From an uncultured bacterium (lineage in GTDB: Bacteria; Poribacteria; WGA-4E; WGA-3G), in assembly GCA_964523645.1 (NCBI GenBank), contig CAZGAW010000004.1:8284-72283 (forward strand): 64,000 nt of DNA. Reading direction: 5' to 3'. Below the pieces are notes generated by a model that searched no databases, was not told the DNA's origin, and saw nothing but the letters and a program-made list of their open reading frames with translations. A program made the position numbers and the translations under genes. Below are positions 18,644 through 29,835 of the stretch, one piece after another; position 1 is the first letter of the stretch; every line of letters starts with the position of its first letter.

Positions 18644-19384
18644 TCACGCCTCAAGAGGTTTGCCGCGTAAGACTTCACGAGATTGAGTCTCACCGTTTCC
18701 CGTCACATTGTAAGCGAAGGTGTTCATAAGCCGATCGTTCGATGAATTATTCGGTGCGGAGCCGTGGATAATCAGAGCGTTAAAGAAAACACCGTCTCCG
18801 GGCTCCATCTCAACAGCCACAGCGTCCTCCCGTTCTTGATAGTGTCCGGGTAAAAACACGCCGAATGTTTGGTGTTTCCGTTCATGCTCTTGCAAGCCCC
18901 AATTATGGCTGCCAGGTACAAACTGAATGCATCCGTTCTCAAGATTCGCCTCACTGATAGCTAATTGACAATTAATCATAACCGGTTTATTGTTATCATT
19001 TTTCCAATAGGCGTAATCCTGATGCCACGGGATGGCTGTCCCATCACCACCTGCTTTTGGAAGTAATTTGCTGTGATAGAGCGATATGTTTTTACCCATC
19101 ATTACTTCCAATATATCCAGTACTTCGTCAGAACGGAGCAGACGGTTCAACGTCGGGCTCACTAACTCACTGTGCATCAACTGTTTGATACGCGGCGGAT
19201 GGTCATCCGAATCGTAGACTTCCCAAGAAATTCCGATGCCATCAGTAGGTTGTTCTGCCATACGATTGTGTATATCTTTAATCTCTCCCTGAATTTGCGC
19301 GATGTCCTCTGCAGAGACAAGCCCTTTTTTCAGAAAGTAGCCGTTTTCTTTATAAAACTGTTGTTCTTCATTTGTAAGTCCCAT
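18644..19384 (-). CDS. phytanoyl-CoA dioxygenase (PhyH) family protein
   Basis: True start MGLTNEEQQFY at 19384 has a GGAG RBS. The longer annotated ORF is an upstream extension. The protein is PhyH-like with WHQDYAYW and HGSAPN motifs. Confidence 0.65.
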   Translation of the reverse strand: MGLTNEEQQFYKENGYFLKKGLVSAEDIAQIQGEIKDIHNRMAEQPTDGIGISWEVYDSDDHPPRIKQLMHSELVSPTLNRLLRSDEVLDILEVMMGKNISLYHSKLLPKAGGDGTAIPWHQDYAYWKNDNNKPVMINCQLAISEANLENGCIQFVPGSHNWGLQEHERKHQTFGVFLPGHYQEREDAVAVEMEPGDGVFFNALIIHGSAPNNSSNDRLMNTFAYNVTGNGETQSREVLRGKPLEA

Positions 19385-19690
19385 ACGATTTCTCCTTTGC
19401 CCACCCAGCATAATCACTAAATGGTAAAAATCTTTTTTTCTTAATAGGATATGCATTTCTAAATATAAAGTATACAATACGCTTCCAGAAAAATCAAGGG
19501 ATTTACATTTAAAATTGTGCACTTGAACGGAGCCTGAGAGAAAAAAGTTTACTTTCATTGCAAACCTTGATAAGATATTGATAAAATTAATTGATACATC
19601 ATCGCTTTGCAAGTGTTGCGGTTCTTATAAAGCGCGTTACTGCGCGCTTTGTAGGTCCGAATGTGCACTGTAAAATGGAGTTAAACTGAT

Positions 19691-20029
19691 ATGGACTACA
19701 CACTTGAAAATTGCCAGAAAATTGTAGATGATTGGGTCCACACCATTGGGGTCCGTTACTTTTCAGAATTAACCAATACCACTATTCTCATGGAAGAGGT
19801 GGGCGAGTTAGCTCGGATTATGGCACGCCAGTATGGAGAACAGAGTTTCAAGGAAAATGAGAAAGACTTGGACCTTGGTGAGGAAATGGCTGATATTCTC
19901 TTTGTACTTATCTGTCTCGCAAATCAAACAGGTATCAAACTTGAAGAGGCATTCGAGAAGTCAATGGAAAAAAAGACACGACGAGATAAGAAGCGACACA
20001 GCGAAAACCCTAAACTTCTGAAACACTGA
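19691..20029 (+). CDS. MazG-like nucleotide pyrophosphohydrolase
   Basis: EEVGELARI...EEMADILFVLICLANQTGIKLEEAF, the MazG/NTP-PPase EExxE motif arrangement. Confidence 0.7.
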   Translation: MDYTLENCQKIVDDWVHTIGVRYFSELTNTTILMEEVGELARIMARQYGEQSFKENEKDLDLGEEMADILFVLICLANQTGIKLEEAFEKSMEKKTRRDKKRHSENPKLLKH

Positions 20030-20063
20030 GTATCAAATACCTAACCCGGGAAGGAGATGGACA

Positions 20064-22787
20064 ATGATGCTCTATAAAGGCTACGTATTTTTAATTTTAA
20101 TTTTTATCATCAGCGGATGCGCAATTTTGTCCAAAAGCCCACCTGCTTCGTTGACGGTCGATCCGCTCGTTGAACGGAATCGTGAGTGGCGCGAACAGAT
20201 TGAGATCGGCAACAGTGAATTACAACGTAAAAACTTGAGAGCTGCGTTAACTGCTTACGGAGCCGCTGTTGCAATTCGTCCCGATTCAAGTGAAGCACAA
20301 CGCAAAATCGCGGAGATATATTTTCAACTTGAAGAATATGAAAACGCGCGAGATGCGTTTATAGCATTTTTAGTGCTGGAACCTAATAATATCACAGCAC
20401 TAAACTACACCGGATATATCTCTGAAAAATTGCATGACTATGCAGCCGCTGCCGAATACTATGAGCGAACCCTCAATATTTCAGTTGATAACCTCTATGC
20501 GCTGAATCACCTCGGTTTGGCTTATAAGCAACTGCAGCGTTTCGATGAAGCAATTGAGGTGCTTCACAGGGCATTGTCGTTTGATCCCGAATGTGAACGT
20601 CCTGAAAGCGAAAATTTGCACAACTATTTGGGATTAATCTACTTGGAACGTGGTGAAATAGGTGAGGCTATCGCAGAACTAAGAGAATCGATTCGGTTAT
20701 TCCCAAACGATACTTGGGCAATGGAACAACTTGCCGCACTTTATGAGAATCAGCAGCGTTACTTTGAAGCGCAGCTTCAATATGAAAAAATTTTAGAAAT
20801 CGCTCCTGATAATCTTCTTGCTTTAACACGGCTCCAGCTCCTCGCTCGACAGGACTTCGGTCCCACAGAGATTATTGATGTACCTCCGGTCACGCTTCTC
20901 AATCCCGATGTTGAACACATCATCGCGAATGCCCCAGATGCGAGCGATTATCCTAATGCCGATACCTTAGTCCTCTTTAACCATTTCAGTCACGATGTAT
21001 TGCCGACAGGGCGGTCTCGCTACACGACACATCAGGTCGTAAAAATCTTCACCGAAAGAGGCATCCAAAAATACGGGGATATTGCCATTCCTTACCAACC
21101 GAATGCGCAAAACATCGGTGTCAATATAGCGAGAACAATTACAGCGAACGGTACAGTGCTATATCCGCCCAATGAGGCGTTCAACGATGCAACACCACCT
21201 GGGTTATTGTCCCAAAACCTCTATTCCGACGCGATGTGGAAGGTGATTTCCATGGTCGGTCTCACACCGGGCGTCTGCATTGAGTATCAGGTAACCCTTG
21301 AAGATAAAGTCCCTGGCGGTGAGACGTGGATTACAGGCGGATACAACTTTCAAGCAACAGAGGCTACGCTTGAAACCAGTTACGCCCTTCAAATGCCGAA
21401 AACATGGCATCTTCAATGGACAATTGCGAACGACACATCCCATACAAGGGCACAAGAACCTGAAGTGTCCTATACAGAAAACGATACCGTTGTGTATATT
21501 TGGAGGTACGGTGAAACACCAGCACTGACAATCGAGGAAGGTATGCCACATATTAATGACATCGTCCCGCGCCTACGTTATTCTTCAATTACTGGCTGGG
21601 ACGATGTCTATGCGTGGTATAAAGAACTCGCGAAAGGGAGATACACACCGAATACTGAGATTGAGGAAAAAGTCGAGCAGTTAACCCAAAACCTGACGAC
21701 AGAAGAAACGAAGATACGTGCTATCTACCATTTTGTTGCTACAAATATCCGCTACGTTGGCATTGAACTTGGGCAGAGTGCTTATCAGCCCTCACCTGCC
21801 GTTGAAGTCTTTCAAATGCAATACGGCGATTGTAAGGATAAAACGACACTCCTAATTTCAATGTTGGATCTGGCAGGGATCAAGGCTTATCCTGTTATGA
21901 TTAGTATGGCACCCTATGAACGGATTGACACAACGCTTCCCTCGCTCAGCCAGTTTAATCACATGATTGCCGCCATCCGTATCGAGGGAAATACTTACAT
22001 TTGGTTGGATCCCACCTCCGCAACTTGCAGTTATGGTGATATACCTTACAACGCACAGGGGCGTACAGGATTTCTCATTTCCGACACACACGGTGAATTT
22101 GTGGAAATACCTGTTTTCCCACCCGAATCTAATAGGCTTGTAAGCACAACAGATTTGATACTAAACAATCAAGGTGTCGTGGAAGGAACACTGCACGTTC
22201 AGACAAGCGGGCAATATAATCTAAATACACGGTGGGCATACCAACAGATACAGCCCTGGGCAATGCAATCCACTTTGGCGACTGAACTCAGTCATCAATT
22301 TCCGGGAATCCAGATAGTATGGCACGAGATGTCCGACCTCAGCGAACTCAATGTGCCAGTGGAGGTTAGACTCGGTTTTCGTGTTGAGAATTACGCAACA
22401 CCTTTAAGCAACGGCATGTTGCTACCGTTACCAATTGATGAATTCGGGGACTACGCTGAAGTGTTTGCTAACGATCAACGCATCTATTCATTGGACTTCG
22501 GCTATCCAACACAGGTCGAAAAAACGATCCGCATCCAGATTCCAGACGGATGGAGTGCTGTCCTGCCAGAAGACAGTCATCATAGCATGGAGAGTGCAGA
22601 ATTCACGCGGCAATATAGGCAAATTGAGAATACCATTACTTACCGACTTATGTTTACCCTTAAAAATAAGATACTTCCAGCAGCCTCATACCAAGCAGCG
22701 AAGTTGCTTTTCACTTCGCTTGCGAGTGAAGATGGAAGTCGCTTGCTACTAAATATGGGTAGTTACAGTCGCATGTCAAAACGATGA
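20064..22787 (+). CDS. lipoprotein with N-terminal TPR repeats and a C-terminal transglutaminase-like (DUF3857-type) domain
   Basis: GGAAGGAG RBS and lipobox IISGCA. Multiple TPRs are followed by a transglutaminase core QYGDCKDKTTLLISMLDLAGIKAYPV. Confidence 0.7.
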   Translation: MMLYKGYVFLILIFIISGCAILSKSPPASLTVDPLVERNREWREQIEIGNSELQRKNLRAALTAYGAAVAIRPDSSEAQRKIAEIYFQLEEYENARDAFIAFLVLEPNNITALNYTGYISEKLHDYAAAAEYYERTLNISVDNLYALNHLGLAYKQLQRFDEAIEVLHRALSFDPECERPESENLHNYLGLIYLERGEIGEAIAELRESIRLFPNDTWAMEQLAALYENQQRYFEAQLQYEKILEIAPDNLLALTRLQLLARQDFGPTEIIDVPPVTLLNPDVEHIIANAPDASDYPNADTLVLFNHFSHDVLPTGRSRYTTHQVVKIFTERGIQKYGDIAIPYQPNAQNIGVNIARTITANGTVLYPPNEAFNDATPPGLLSQNLYSDAMWKVISMVGLTPGVCIEYQVTLEDKVPGGETWITGGYNFQATEATLETSYALQMPKTWHLQWTIANDTSHTRAQEPEVSYTENDTVVYIWRYGETPALTIEEGMPHINDIVPRLRYSSITGWDDVYAWYKELAKGRYTPNTEIEEKVEQLTQNLTTEETKIRAIYHFVATNIRYVGIELGQSAYQPSPAVEVFQMQYGDCKDKTTLLISMLDLAGIKAYPVMISMAPYERIDTTLPSLSQFNHMIAAIRIEGNTYIWLDPTSATCSYGDIPYNAQGRTGFLISDTHGEFVEIPVFPPESNRLVSTTDLILNNQGVVEGTLHVQTSGQYNLNTRWAYQQIQPWAMQSTLATELSHQFPGIQIVWHEMSDLSELNVPVEVRLGFRVENYATPLSNGMLLPLPIDEFGDYAEVFANDQRIYSLDFGYPTQVEKTIRIQIPDGWSAVLPEDSHHSMESAEFTRQYRQIENTITYRLMFTLKNKILPAASYQAAKLLFTSLASEDGSRLLLNMGSYSRMSKR

Positions 22788-22813
22788 TAATTCAATGCTA
22801 CAATACAGTGGGA

Positions 22814-23416
22814 TCAACTCTTGACGTACTTCCAGCCATCAACTATGACAGGAAGCCCGCGAATTAGACACATAGCGACAGTTATAGAAGATAGAATTAC
22901 GCCTGCCAATTCTAAGCTGATAACTAATTCGGGATAGACACCGGAATTTTTGAAGGCAATAACGCCACTGAGATAGAGAAAAGCAAGGGTTTTTGTGATA
23001 CCATAGACACTCCGACTCACTCTCGAACTGGTGAGTGCACGAGTCCATCTGGAAGCCATCATCGTGTTTTCACCGAACGCTGTCTTGCCTTGCGCAAAGG
23101 CAGCACTCCGTAAGCCATCTGTGAAAAAGCCGCGCGCAATCACAATGACTGGAATCCAGAACGGAATCAACCCAACAACGGCGAAGTAAACCCAAAAAAT
23201 GCATTCGACAATCCGATCGCCTACTATGTCGAATAACGCACCGAAATCAGAAGTCTGATTCAGTTTACGGGCAACATAACCGTCAACTGCATCAAGAAAC
23301 AGAATTAAGCCAATCAGCGCGACAAGCAAAATATCTAAATAAAGGTGATACCCGAAAAGGGAAATCACAACGAAGACCAGAATCAGGCGGAAGAGTGTAA
23401 TCAAATTCGCAATCAT
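22814..23416 (-). CDS. CDP-alcohol phosphatidyltransferase family protein
   Basis: DAVDGYVARK...G...DIVGDRIVE motif in a multi-TM protein. Confidence 0.65.
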   Translation of the reverse strand: MIANLITLFRLILVFVVISLFGYHLYLDILLVALIGLILFLDAVDGYVARKLNQTSDFGALFDIVGDRIVECIFWVYFAVVGLIPFWIPVIVIARGFFTDGLRSAAFAQGKTAFGENTMMASRWTRALTSSRVSRSVYGITKTLAFLYLSGVIAFKNSGVYPELVISLELAGVILSSITVAMCLIRGLPVIVDGWKYVKS

Positions 23417-23561
23417 GGTTTTACCTCCAGGGATGTGTGAGGCATTTTATCTGCTTTCATAAAGACTGCATATTTTCAGGCGAAGCGTTACTCTTTTAAT
23501 GGTAACATACTGAACCCTCAAAAACAATATCAATTTTTCAAATGAAAGAGGTATTTATTAG

Positions 23562-25160
23562 ATGACCAAGAATAAAAAACCTAACATCGTCCTTATCCTA
23601 AACGATGATATGGGCTTTTCTGACTTAGGCTGCTACGGCGGCGAAGTCCACACGCCAAATCTGGATCGGCTTGCCGAAAGCGGGCTGAGGTTTACACAAT
23701 TTTACAACACCGCACGCTGTTGTCCATCCCGTGCCTCCATGCTTACTGGGCTGCATCCGCACCAAACTGGGGTGGGACACATGATGGGCGATGATGGGTT
23801 AGAAGGCTACCGTGGAGACCTAAATGACAGCTGTGTCACTATTGCCGATGTTGTTCGCTCAGAAGGTTACGGCACCTATATGAGCGGCAAATGGCATATT
23901 TCTCGACATACCAGTGCTGAGGCTCCCAAGCATAGTTGGCCCCGTCAGCGCGGATTCGACCATTACTACGGTATTATCACCGGTGCCGCAAATTTTTGGA
24001 AACCGAACACACTAACGCGGGATAATACCCGTATCCAACACGATGAGCTTCCTGAAGGCTACTTTCTTACAGATGCTATCAGCGACGAAGCAACGGCGTT
24101 TATCCGCAATCACACTCAAAAGACCCCTGAGCGTCCATTCTTCACCTATGTCGCTTACACCGCGCCGCATTGGCCCCTACACGCGCACGAAGAAGACATC
24201 GCCTATTACAACGGGCGTTTTGCCGCTGGATGGGACGAACTCCGAGAGGAAAGGCTCGCAAGGATGCGGGAGATGAAAATTTTAGACGAGACATGGCCGC
24301 TCACCGCACGCGATCCCTCGCAGCCACCTTGGAGCGATGCACAATACAAAGAATGGAATCAACGCCGCATGGAAGTCTATGCAGCGCAAATTACCCGCAT
24401 GGATGCAGGGATTGGACAGATTATTAACACGTTGGAAGAGACCGGACAACTCGATGACACCCTCATCCTGTTTTTAGCCGATAACGGTGGTTGTGCTGAG
24501 GAACTCGGAGGACCGCCCGCTATACGCGACAGCGATTCACTCATCAGTACCGAGACGACCTCCGATGGACAACCCGTCTATCGTGGTAACGATCCGAGCA
24601 TCATGCCCGGTCCGGAGACTACCTATCAGAGTTACGGGGTGCCGTGGGCAAATTTATCGAATACGCCATTCCGTGAATACAAACATTGGGTGCATGAAGG
24701 CGGTATAGCGACTCCACTAATCGCACATTGGCCAGATGCCATAAAATCGGCGGGAGAGTTGCGTCATCAGCCTGGGCAATTGCCAGACATCATGGCGACA
24801 TGTCTCGAAGTTTCAGGCACGACCTATCCTGAAGAACATAATGGAAAACCGATTTTGCCGTTAGAGGGAACAAGTTTAGTGCCGATTTTTGATGGAAAAG
24901 ATAACAGTAAAGAGGTGCTTTATTGGGAACACGAAGGCAATTGTGCAGTCCGCCAAGGTAAATGGAAATTGGTTTGCAAGTTCCCCGGCGATTGGGAGCT
25001 CTACGACGTGGAAGCCGAACGGACAGAAATCAACAATCTTGCTACCAAGCATCCGCAAAAACTAAAAGAGCTTGTTGGGCTTTATCAAGACTGGGCGGAC
25101 CGCTGTTTCATCTACCCGTGGGACCGACTTCAAGAGAAACGCAGACAACAACGTCAATAG
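23562..25160 (+). CDS. arylsulfatase (Cys-type sulfatase family)
   Basis: AAAGAGG RBS. Sulfatase signature CCPSRASMLTGL (C-x-P-x-R) with conserved metal-binding N-terminal DD. Confidence 0.85.
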   Translation: MTKNKKPNIVLILNDDMGFSDLGCYGGEVHTPNLDRLAESGLRFTQFYNTARCCPSRASMLTGLHPHQTGVGHMMGDDGLEGYRGDLNDSCVTIADVVRSEGYGTYMSGKWHISRHTSAEAPKHSWPRQRGFDHYYGIITGAANFWKPNTLTRDNTRIQHDELPEGYFLTDAISDEATAFIRNHTQKTPERPFFTYVAYTAPHWPLHAHEEDIAYYNGRFAAGWDELREERLARMREMKILDETWPLTARDPSQPPWSDAQYKEWNQRRMEVYAAQITRMDAGIGQIINTLEETGQLDDTLILFLADNGGCAEELGGPPAIRDSDSLISTETTSDGQPVYRGNDPSIMPGPETTYQSYGVPWANLSNTPFREYKHWVHEGGIATPLIAHWPDAIKSAGELRHQPGQLPDIMATCLEVSGTTYPEEHNGKPILPLEGTSLVPIFDGKDNSKEVLYWEHEGNCAVRQGKWKLVCKFPGDWELYDVEAERTEINNLATKHPQKLKELVGLYQDWADRCFIYPWDRLQEKRRQQRQ

Positions 25161-25217
25161 CGTAAAAACTATGTATATGGTTGGGCGGGTGCGGCACCCG
25201 CCCAGCTTTATAAAAAA

Positions 25218-26312
25218 CTAAACACACGGTAACATCTTCAGACAAACCGGCATTGGCACCTCTGCCACATCCCCTGTCGCATTTAATTCACCCGTTTCAG
25301 CGTCAATAGCGAACGTAACAACGGTATCGGTCTGCTGATTAGCGGCAAAAAGGAACGTTCCTTCTGGATTCAACCCGAAGTTTCGCGGAGTTTGCCCTTG
25401 CGTTGACTCATGACCGATCGGGCTGAGCATCCCGGTTTCCGCGTTGATCGCACAGATAGCGATGCTGTCATGTCCACGGTTTGAACCATACAAGAATTTC
25501 CCAGAAGGGTGAACGTGAATATCGGCACAATGGCTGGTGCCATCAAAATCATCAGGAAGCGTAGAGATTGTCTGAAATTCAGCCAGTGTTCCCGCACTCG
25601 CGTCGTACCGAAAAGCCGTAAACGTAGAATCTATTTCGTTAATCACGTATGCGTACTGTCCGTTCGGATGGAAATCGAAATGCCGCGGTCCTGCACCGGG
25701 CTGCACGCGCGCCCACGGTTGTGTATTCGGCGTGAGCGTCCCATTTTCCGCATCCAATTGGTAGATGAGGACTTTATCAAGCCCCAGATCAGGCGCGAAG
25801 GCATAGCGATTGCCCGGATCAATCATAATCGCATGTGCGTGCGGTTCCATCTGCCGCTGTGGGTTGACACTCGATCCTTGATGCTGCACGAAATCAGAAG
25901 CCTCACCGAGCCTCCCGTCTGACCCTATTGGGAAAGCAGTGACGCTGCCACCCCCATAATTTGCCACGAGCAAACATTTACCGGTAGCATCCGCACTCAG
26001 ATGACACGGGGCACCACCGCCAGTCGCTCGCTGGTTTAGGTAACTAATCTCCCCCGTTTCCTGATGGATATAAAATGCCGTAACCGCGCCACTATCTTTC
26101 CCTTCAAACTCCCCTAACTCGTTGACAGCAAAGAGATACCGCCCACTCGGATGTATCTCCAAAAACGAAGGATTCTCAACACCTGTCATCTTGCTGCTAT
26201 ATTCCAAGGCACCGGTCGCACCATCTAAGCGGTAAACGTAAATCCCTTCACTATCCCCTTGCGTATAGGTGCCGACATAAACGAAATAGTCTTGGCTGTT
26301 TTGTTGCGCCAT
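25218..26312 (-). CDS. lactonase, 7-bladed beta-propeller (6-phosphogluconolactonase-like) family
   Basis: AAGGAG RBS. N-terminus YVGTYT...GIYVYRLDGATGAL is typical of the Pgl/lactonase family. Its start lies 14 bp after the upstream sulfatase stop, so it is in an operon. Confidence 0.65.
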   Translation of the reverse strand: MAQQNSQDYFVYVGTYTQGDSEGIYVYRLDGATGALEYSSKMTGVENPSFLEIHPSGRYLFAVNELGEFEGKDSGAVTAFYIHQETGEISYLNQRATGGGAPCHLSADATGKCLLVANYGGGSVTAFPIGSDGRLGEASDFVQHQGSSVNPQRQMEPHAHAIMIDPGNRYAFAPDLGLDKVLIYQLDAENGTLTPNTQPWARVQPGAGPRHFDFHPNGQYAYVINEIDSTFTAFRYDASAGTLAEFQTISTLPDDFDGTSHCADIHVHPSGKFLYGSNRGHDSIAICAINAETGMLSPIGHESTQGQTPRNFGLNPEGTFLFAANQQTDTVVTFAIDAETGELNATGDVAEVPMPVCLKMLPCV

Positions 26313-26326
26313 TATGAATAATCTCC

Positions 26327-27937
26327 TTATGAAACTTTTAGATGAATTGTTCGCTCTTCACTTTCACGATAACCGATGCGAATTGCTTTTGCACGCACAG
26401 AGGTCTCACCTTTCGATATACGTAGTGGGTTGGTATACAATTGCCAACGCGCATCATCGCCCTGCTCCGTTGTGTAAGCAAGTGATGCCCCTTGCGTGGA
26501 GCAGTGAAGCTGTAAAACAAGGGGAGCCGCCCATTCGCCAACCCTATGTGCCACCTCTGTGCCGGGATGTTCGGCGTTAATCGGAATAAAAATCGGAGCC
26601 GCCGTTTGTGGTTGTGTACCATCCGGATACCACGTTGCCACCATCTGTTCTTCGGGTATATTCCCCATGTCCCCGAAATCGGATTGCCACTGCGCCAACG
26701 CACCGCGCATCCGTGCCAGTACCTCTTGGTGTTCAGTATCCGCTGCCAAATTATTGAGCTCGTATCGGTCATTTTCCACATCGTAGAGTTCCTCAGCGGG
26801 ACGTGGCGAACGGAACATCACTGCTTGGTCGCCTTCCAATTCGCCTGCGGCATACAACCGCCACATTTCTTGCATGACCGGATGCCGATTTCGATAAGGA
26901 ATCCAGAGCAGATACGGCTTCTCAGGATAATAATTTCTGATGTATTTATACCGTTTATCGCGGACAGCACGGACCATATCGTAAGACTCATCATAACGGT
27001 CACGCGTCGCGAAGATATATTCGCGTTCTATAGTCTCCGGTCCAAGGAACGGTTGTCCCTGTAGATGCTCCGGGGCATCCACGCCACAGAGTGAAAGCAC
27101 TGTTGGACCGAGGTCAATCAAACTCACGAGTTGTTCACTGGCACTGCTGGGACTTAGCGTTCCGGGCCATCGCACAATCAATGGGATGCGGATACCGGCA
27201 TCATAGGGCCACCGTTTTCCACGCGGGAGTCCTTCACCGTGATCACTCCAGAGAAAAACAATAGTATTCTCTGCAAGTCCATCTTCTTCCAACTGATCAA
27301 GTAGTTTACCAACGCGCGCATCAGCAGTTGCAAGATTATCGTATTGACGCGCCAACGCCTGACGTGCTTTTGGTGTATCCGGTAGATAGGGCGGTAACTG
27401 TACATCATCTGGATTCGTAGTTGTCGTTAAGGGACGATCCTCCCGTTCCCACATACCGCTCTCGTGCGTAACGGTCGGATTGAAGACCGAAAAGAAGGGT
27501 TGACCGGCTTCACGATTTCGCCAATGCGCAGTGTTGTCACACTCATCCCACGCTGTAATTGGCGGCGTAAACTGATAATCGGTCTTACTGTTGTTTGTAC
27601 AGTAATAGCCCGCACCTCTGAGATATTCAGTAAAGGTTTTGACATAAGGCGGTGGTACTGCGGAATACGGCGTAGGCATATCCGGGGTGTTTTCATTCGT
27701 ATGCGCTGTCCGCATGTGGTGCGTACCGATAGAGGTCTGGTACATGCCGGTAATGATAGCGGAACGGCTCGGTGCACAAACGCCAGCAGTCGAAAACGCA
27801 TTCGGAAACCGACACCCGCCAGCAGCAAGTCGGTCAATATTCGGTGTCCGAGCAAGTGTATCCCCATAACAACCGAAACGCGGGGTCGTATCTTCTACAG
27901 AAATCCAAAGAATGTTCGGACGGTCTGGTGTGTTCAT
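26327..27937 (-). CDS. sulfatase (Cys-type), paralog A
   Basis: True start MNTPDRPNILWISVED at 27937 has a GGGAG RBS. Sulfatase signature CAPSRSAIITG. It is about 80% identical to paralog B. Confidence 0.85.
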   Translation of the reverse strand: MNTPDRPNILWISVEDTTPRFGCYGDTLARTPNIDRLAAGGCRFPNAFSTAGVCAPSRSAIITGMYQTSIGTHHMRTAHTNENTPDMPTPYSAVPPPYVKTFTEYLRGAGYYCTNNSKTDYQFTPPITAWDECDNTAHWRNREAGQPFFSVFNPTVTHESGMWEREDRPLTTTTNPDDVQLPPYLPDTPKARQALARQYDNLATADARVGKLLDQLEEDGLAENTIVFLWSDHGEGLPRGKRWPYDAGIRIPLIVRWPGTLSPSSASEQLVSLIDLGPTVLSLCGVDAPEHLQGQPFLGPETIEREYIFATRDRYDESYDMVRAVRDKRYKYIRNYYPEKPYLLWIPYRNRHPVMQEMWRLYAAGELEGDQAVMFRSPRPAEELYDVENDRYELNNLAADTEHQEVLARMRGALAQWQSDFGDMGNIPEEQMVATWYPDGTQPQTAAPIFIPINAEHPGTEVAHRVGEWAAPLVLQLHCSTQGASLAYTTEQGDDARWQLYTNPLRISKGETSVRAKAIRIGYRESEERTIHLKVS

Positions 27938-28030
27938 TGTGACTCCCTGTTTTTGGCAACGATTGTACCCCAAACAGCGGTTTAAGTCAATAGGGGGCAT
28001 CTAAGCATTCAGGGGCATTTATAGTAAACC

Positions 28031-28140
28031 TTAGAATTAATTAGATACACTAAAGAGGCGAGGTTGAAAACCTCGCCAGCGGGAGTGGAGGTTTTGCTTC
28101 TACCGAAATGTCTATTTATTTATAGGTTTTGCCATAGTTG
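28031..28140 (-). repeat. conserved ~110-nt intergenic element (copy 1) with mutually exclusive GC-rich hairpins, upstream of sulfatase A
   Basis: The string ttagaattaattaga...gaggcgaggtt-gaa-aacctcgccagcgggagtggaggttttgctt...taggttttgccata recurs at 32931-33079. The hairpins GGCGAGGTT/AACCTCGCC and AAAACCTC/GAGGTTTT overlap. Confidence 0.5.
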
Positions 28141-29744
28141 TCTGAAACTGTGAATTTTAGAGATTTTTCATCGCTCTCTTTGTAACCGATCCGAATTGCT
28201 TTTGCTCTTATAACGGTTTCACCTTTCGGTAAACGCAAAGGTTCTGTATACAACTGCCATCGGACATCCTCACCTTGTTCGGTTGTATACGCAATTGAGG
28301 CACCTTGTGTTGAACAGTAGAGTTGCAGCAGCAACGGTGCATCCCATTCTCCATCTTCATGAGCAGTCTCCATGCCGGGGTTAGACGCGTTAATCGGAAT
28401 GAAAAGTGGTGATGCCGTTTGCGGCTGTGTGCCATTAGGATACCACTTCGCCACCATTTCTTCTTCAGATATATGCCCCATATCCCCGAATTCCGATTGC
28501 CATGCTGTCAACGTTTCTTGCATCCGTTTAAGCACATTTGCATGTGCGGCATTCTCTGCTAAGTTGTTGAGTTCATACCTGTCATTTTCCACATCGTAGA
28601 GTTCTTCAGTGGGGCACGGTGATTGGAACATGGCCAATTGATCTCCCTCTAATTTGCCTTCGGTATAGAGTCGCCACATCTCCTGCATCACAGGATGGCT
28701 ATTGCGGTAAGGATCCCAGCGGAGATACGGCTTTTCGGGATAATAATTTCGGATGTATTTATACCTTTTATCACGTACAGCGCGCAGCATGTGATACGAT
28801 AAATCAAGGCGGTCGCGCGTCGCGAAAATATATTCACGTTCTACTTTTTGTGGTCCAAGGAAGGGTTGTCCTTGTAGGTGCTGCGGGGCTTGAACACCGC
28901 ATAACGAAAGCACAGTGGGCCCGAGGTCAATCAAACTCACCAATTGATCACTTGCACTCCCTGGATTAAGTGCTTCGTGCCAACGCACAATTAACGGAAT
29001 TCGAATCCCCGCATCATATATCCAACGTTTACCGCGGGGAAGTCCTTCGCCATGATCGCTCCAGAGAAAGACGATGGTATTCTCTGCAAGCCCGTCCTCT
29101 TCCAATTGATCTAACAACTCTCCGACACGTGCATCGGCAGTGGCGAGGTTATCATACTGTCGAGCCAATGCAGCACGGGCTTTAGGCGTATCTGGTAAAT
29201 AAGGCGGTAACTCCACGTCATCTGGATTCGTTGTCAGTGGACGATCTTCCTTTTCCCACATACCGCTTTCGTGTGTAACGATTGGGTTAAAAACGGAAAA
29301 GAAGGGTTGCCCTTCCGAACGATTTCGCCAGTGCCCTTGATTGCTATTGTCATCCCATGCTGTGATGGGTGGTGTAAACTGATAGTCTGTTTTACTATTG
29401 TTGGTGCAATAATAGCCGGCCCCTCTCAGGTATTCGGTGAAGGTTTTCACATAAGGTGGCGGAACAACAGAATACGGCGTAGGTAGGTTAGGTGTACTTG
29501 GGTGTGTATGCGTTGTCCGATGGTGATGTGTTCCGATGGAAGTCTGATACATACCGGTGATAATAGCGGAACGACTCGGGGCACAGACACCGGCAGTCGA
29601 AAACGCATTCGGAAACCGACACCCGCCAGCAGCAAGTCGGTCAATATTCGGTGTCCGCGCAACGGTATCCCCGTAACAACCGAAACGCGGGGTCGTATCT
29701 TCTACAGAAATCCAAAGAATGTTTGGGCTGTCTGATGTATTCAT
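28116..29744 (-). CDS. sulfatase (Cys-type), paralog B
   Basis: AGGGA RBS. MNTSDSPNILWISVED and CAPSRSAIITG. It is a tandem duplicate of paralog A. Confidence 0.85.
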   Translation of the reverse strand: MNTSDSPNILWISVEDTTPRFGCYGDTVARTPNIDRLAAGGCRFPNAFSTAGVCAPSRSAIITGMYQTSIGTHHHRTTHTHPSTPNLPTPYSVVPPPYVKTFTEYLRGAGYYCTNNSKTDYQFTPPITAWDDNSNQGHWRNRSEGQPFFSVFNPIVTHESGMWEKEDRPLTTNPDDVELPPYLPDTPKARAALARQYDNLATADARVGELLDQLEEDGLAENTIVFLWSDHGEGLPRGKRWIYDAGIRIPLIVRWHEALNPGSASDQLVSLIDLGPTVLSLCGVQAPQHLQGQPFLGPQKVEREYIFATRDRLDLSYHMLRAVRDKRYKYIRNYYPEKPYLRWDPYRNSHPVMQEMWRLYTEGKLEGDQLAMFQSPCPTEELYDVENDRYELNNLAENAAHANVLKRMQETLTAWQSEFGDMGHISEEEMVAKWYPNGTQPQTASPLFIPINASNPGMETAHEDGEWDAPLLLQLYCSTQGASIAYTTEQGEDVRWQLYTEPLRLPKGETVIRAKAIRIGYKESDEKSLKFTVSDNYGKTYK

Positions 29745-29835
29745 TATAGATCCCTATTTTTGGTGATGATTGTACCCTAAACAACGGAAAATCCAGCTTG
29801 ACAGGCAGGATATAAGAACCTCGTTAAACAAAGCT

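Noticed and set aside
19629-19650. GC hairpin AAAGCGCG-ttactg-CGCGCTTT as an intrinsic terminator
   Set aside because: No upstream gene is transcribed toward it on the plus strand, since the PhyH gene diverges from it. It lies 40 nt before the MazG-like start. It is more likely a regulatory or leader structure, or fortuitous.
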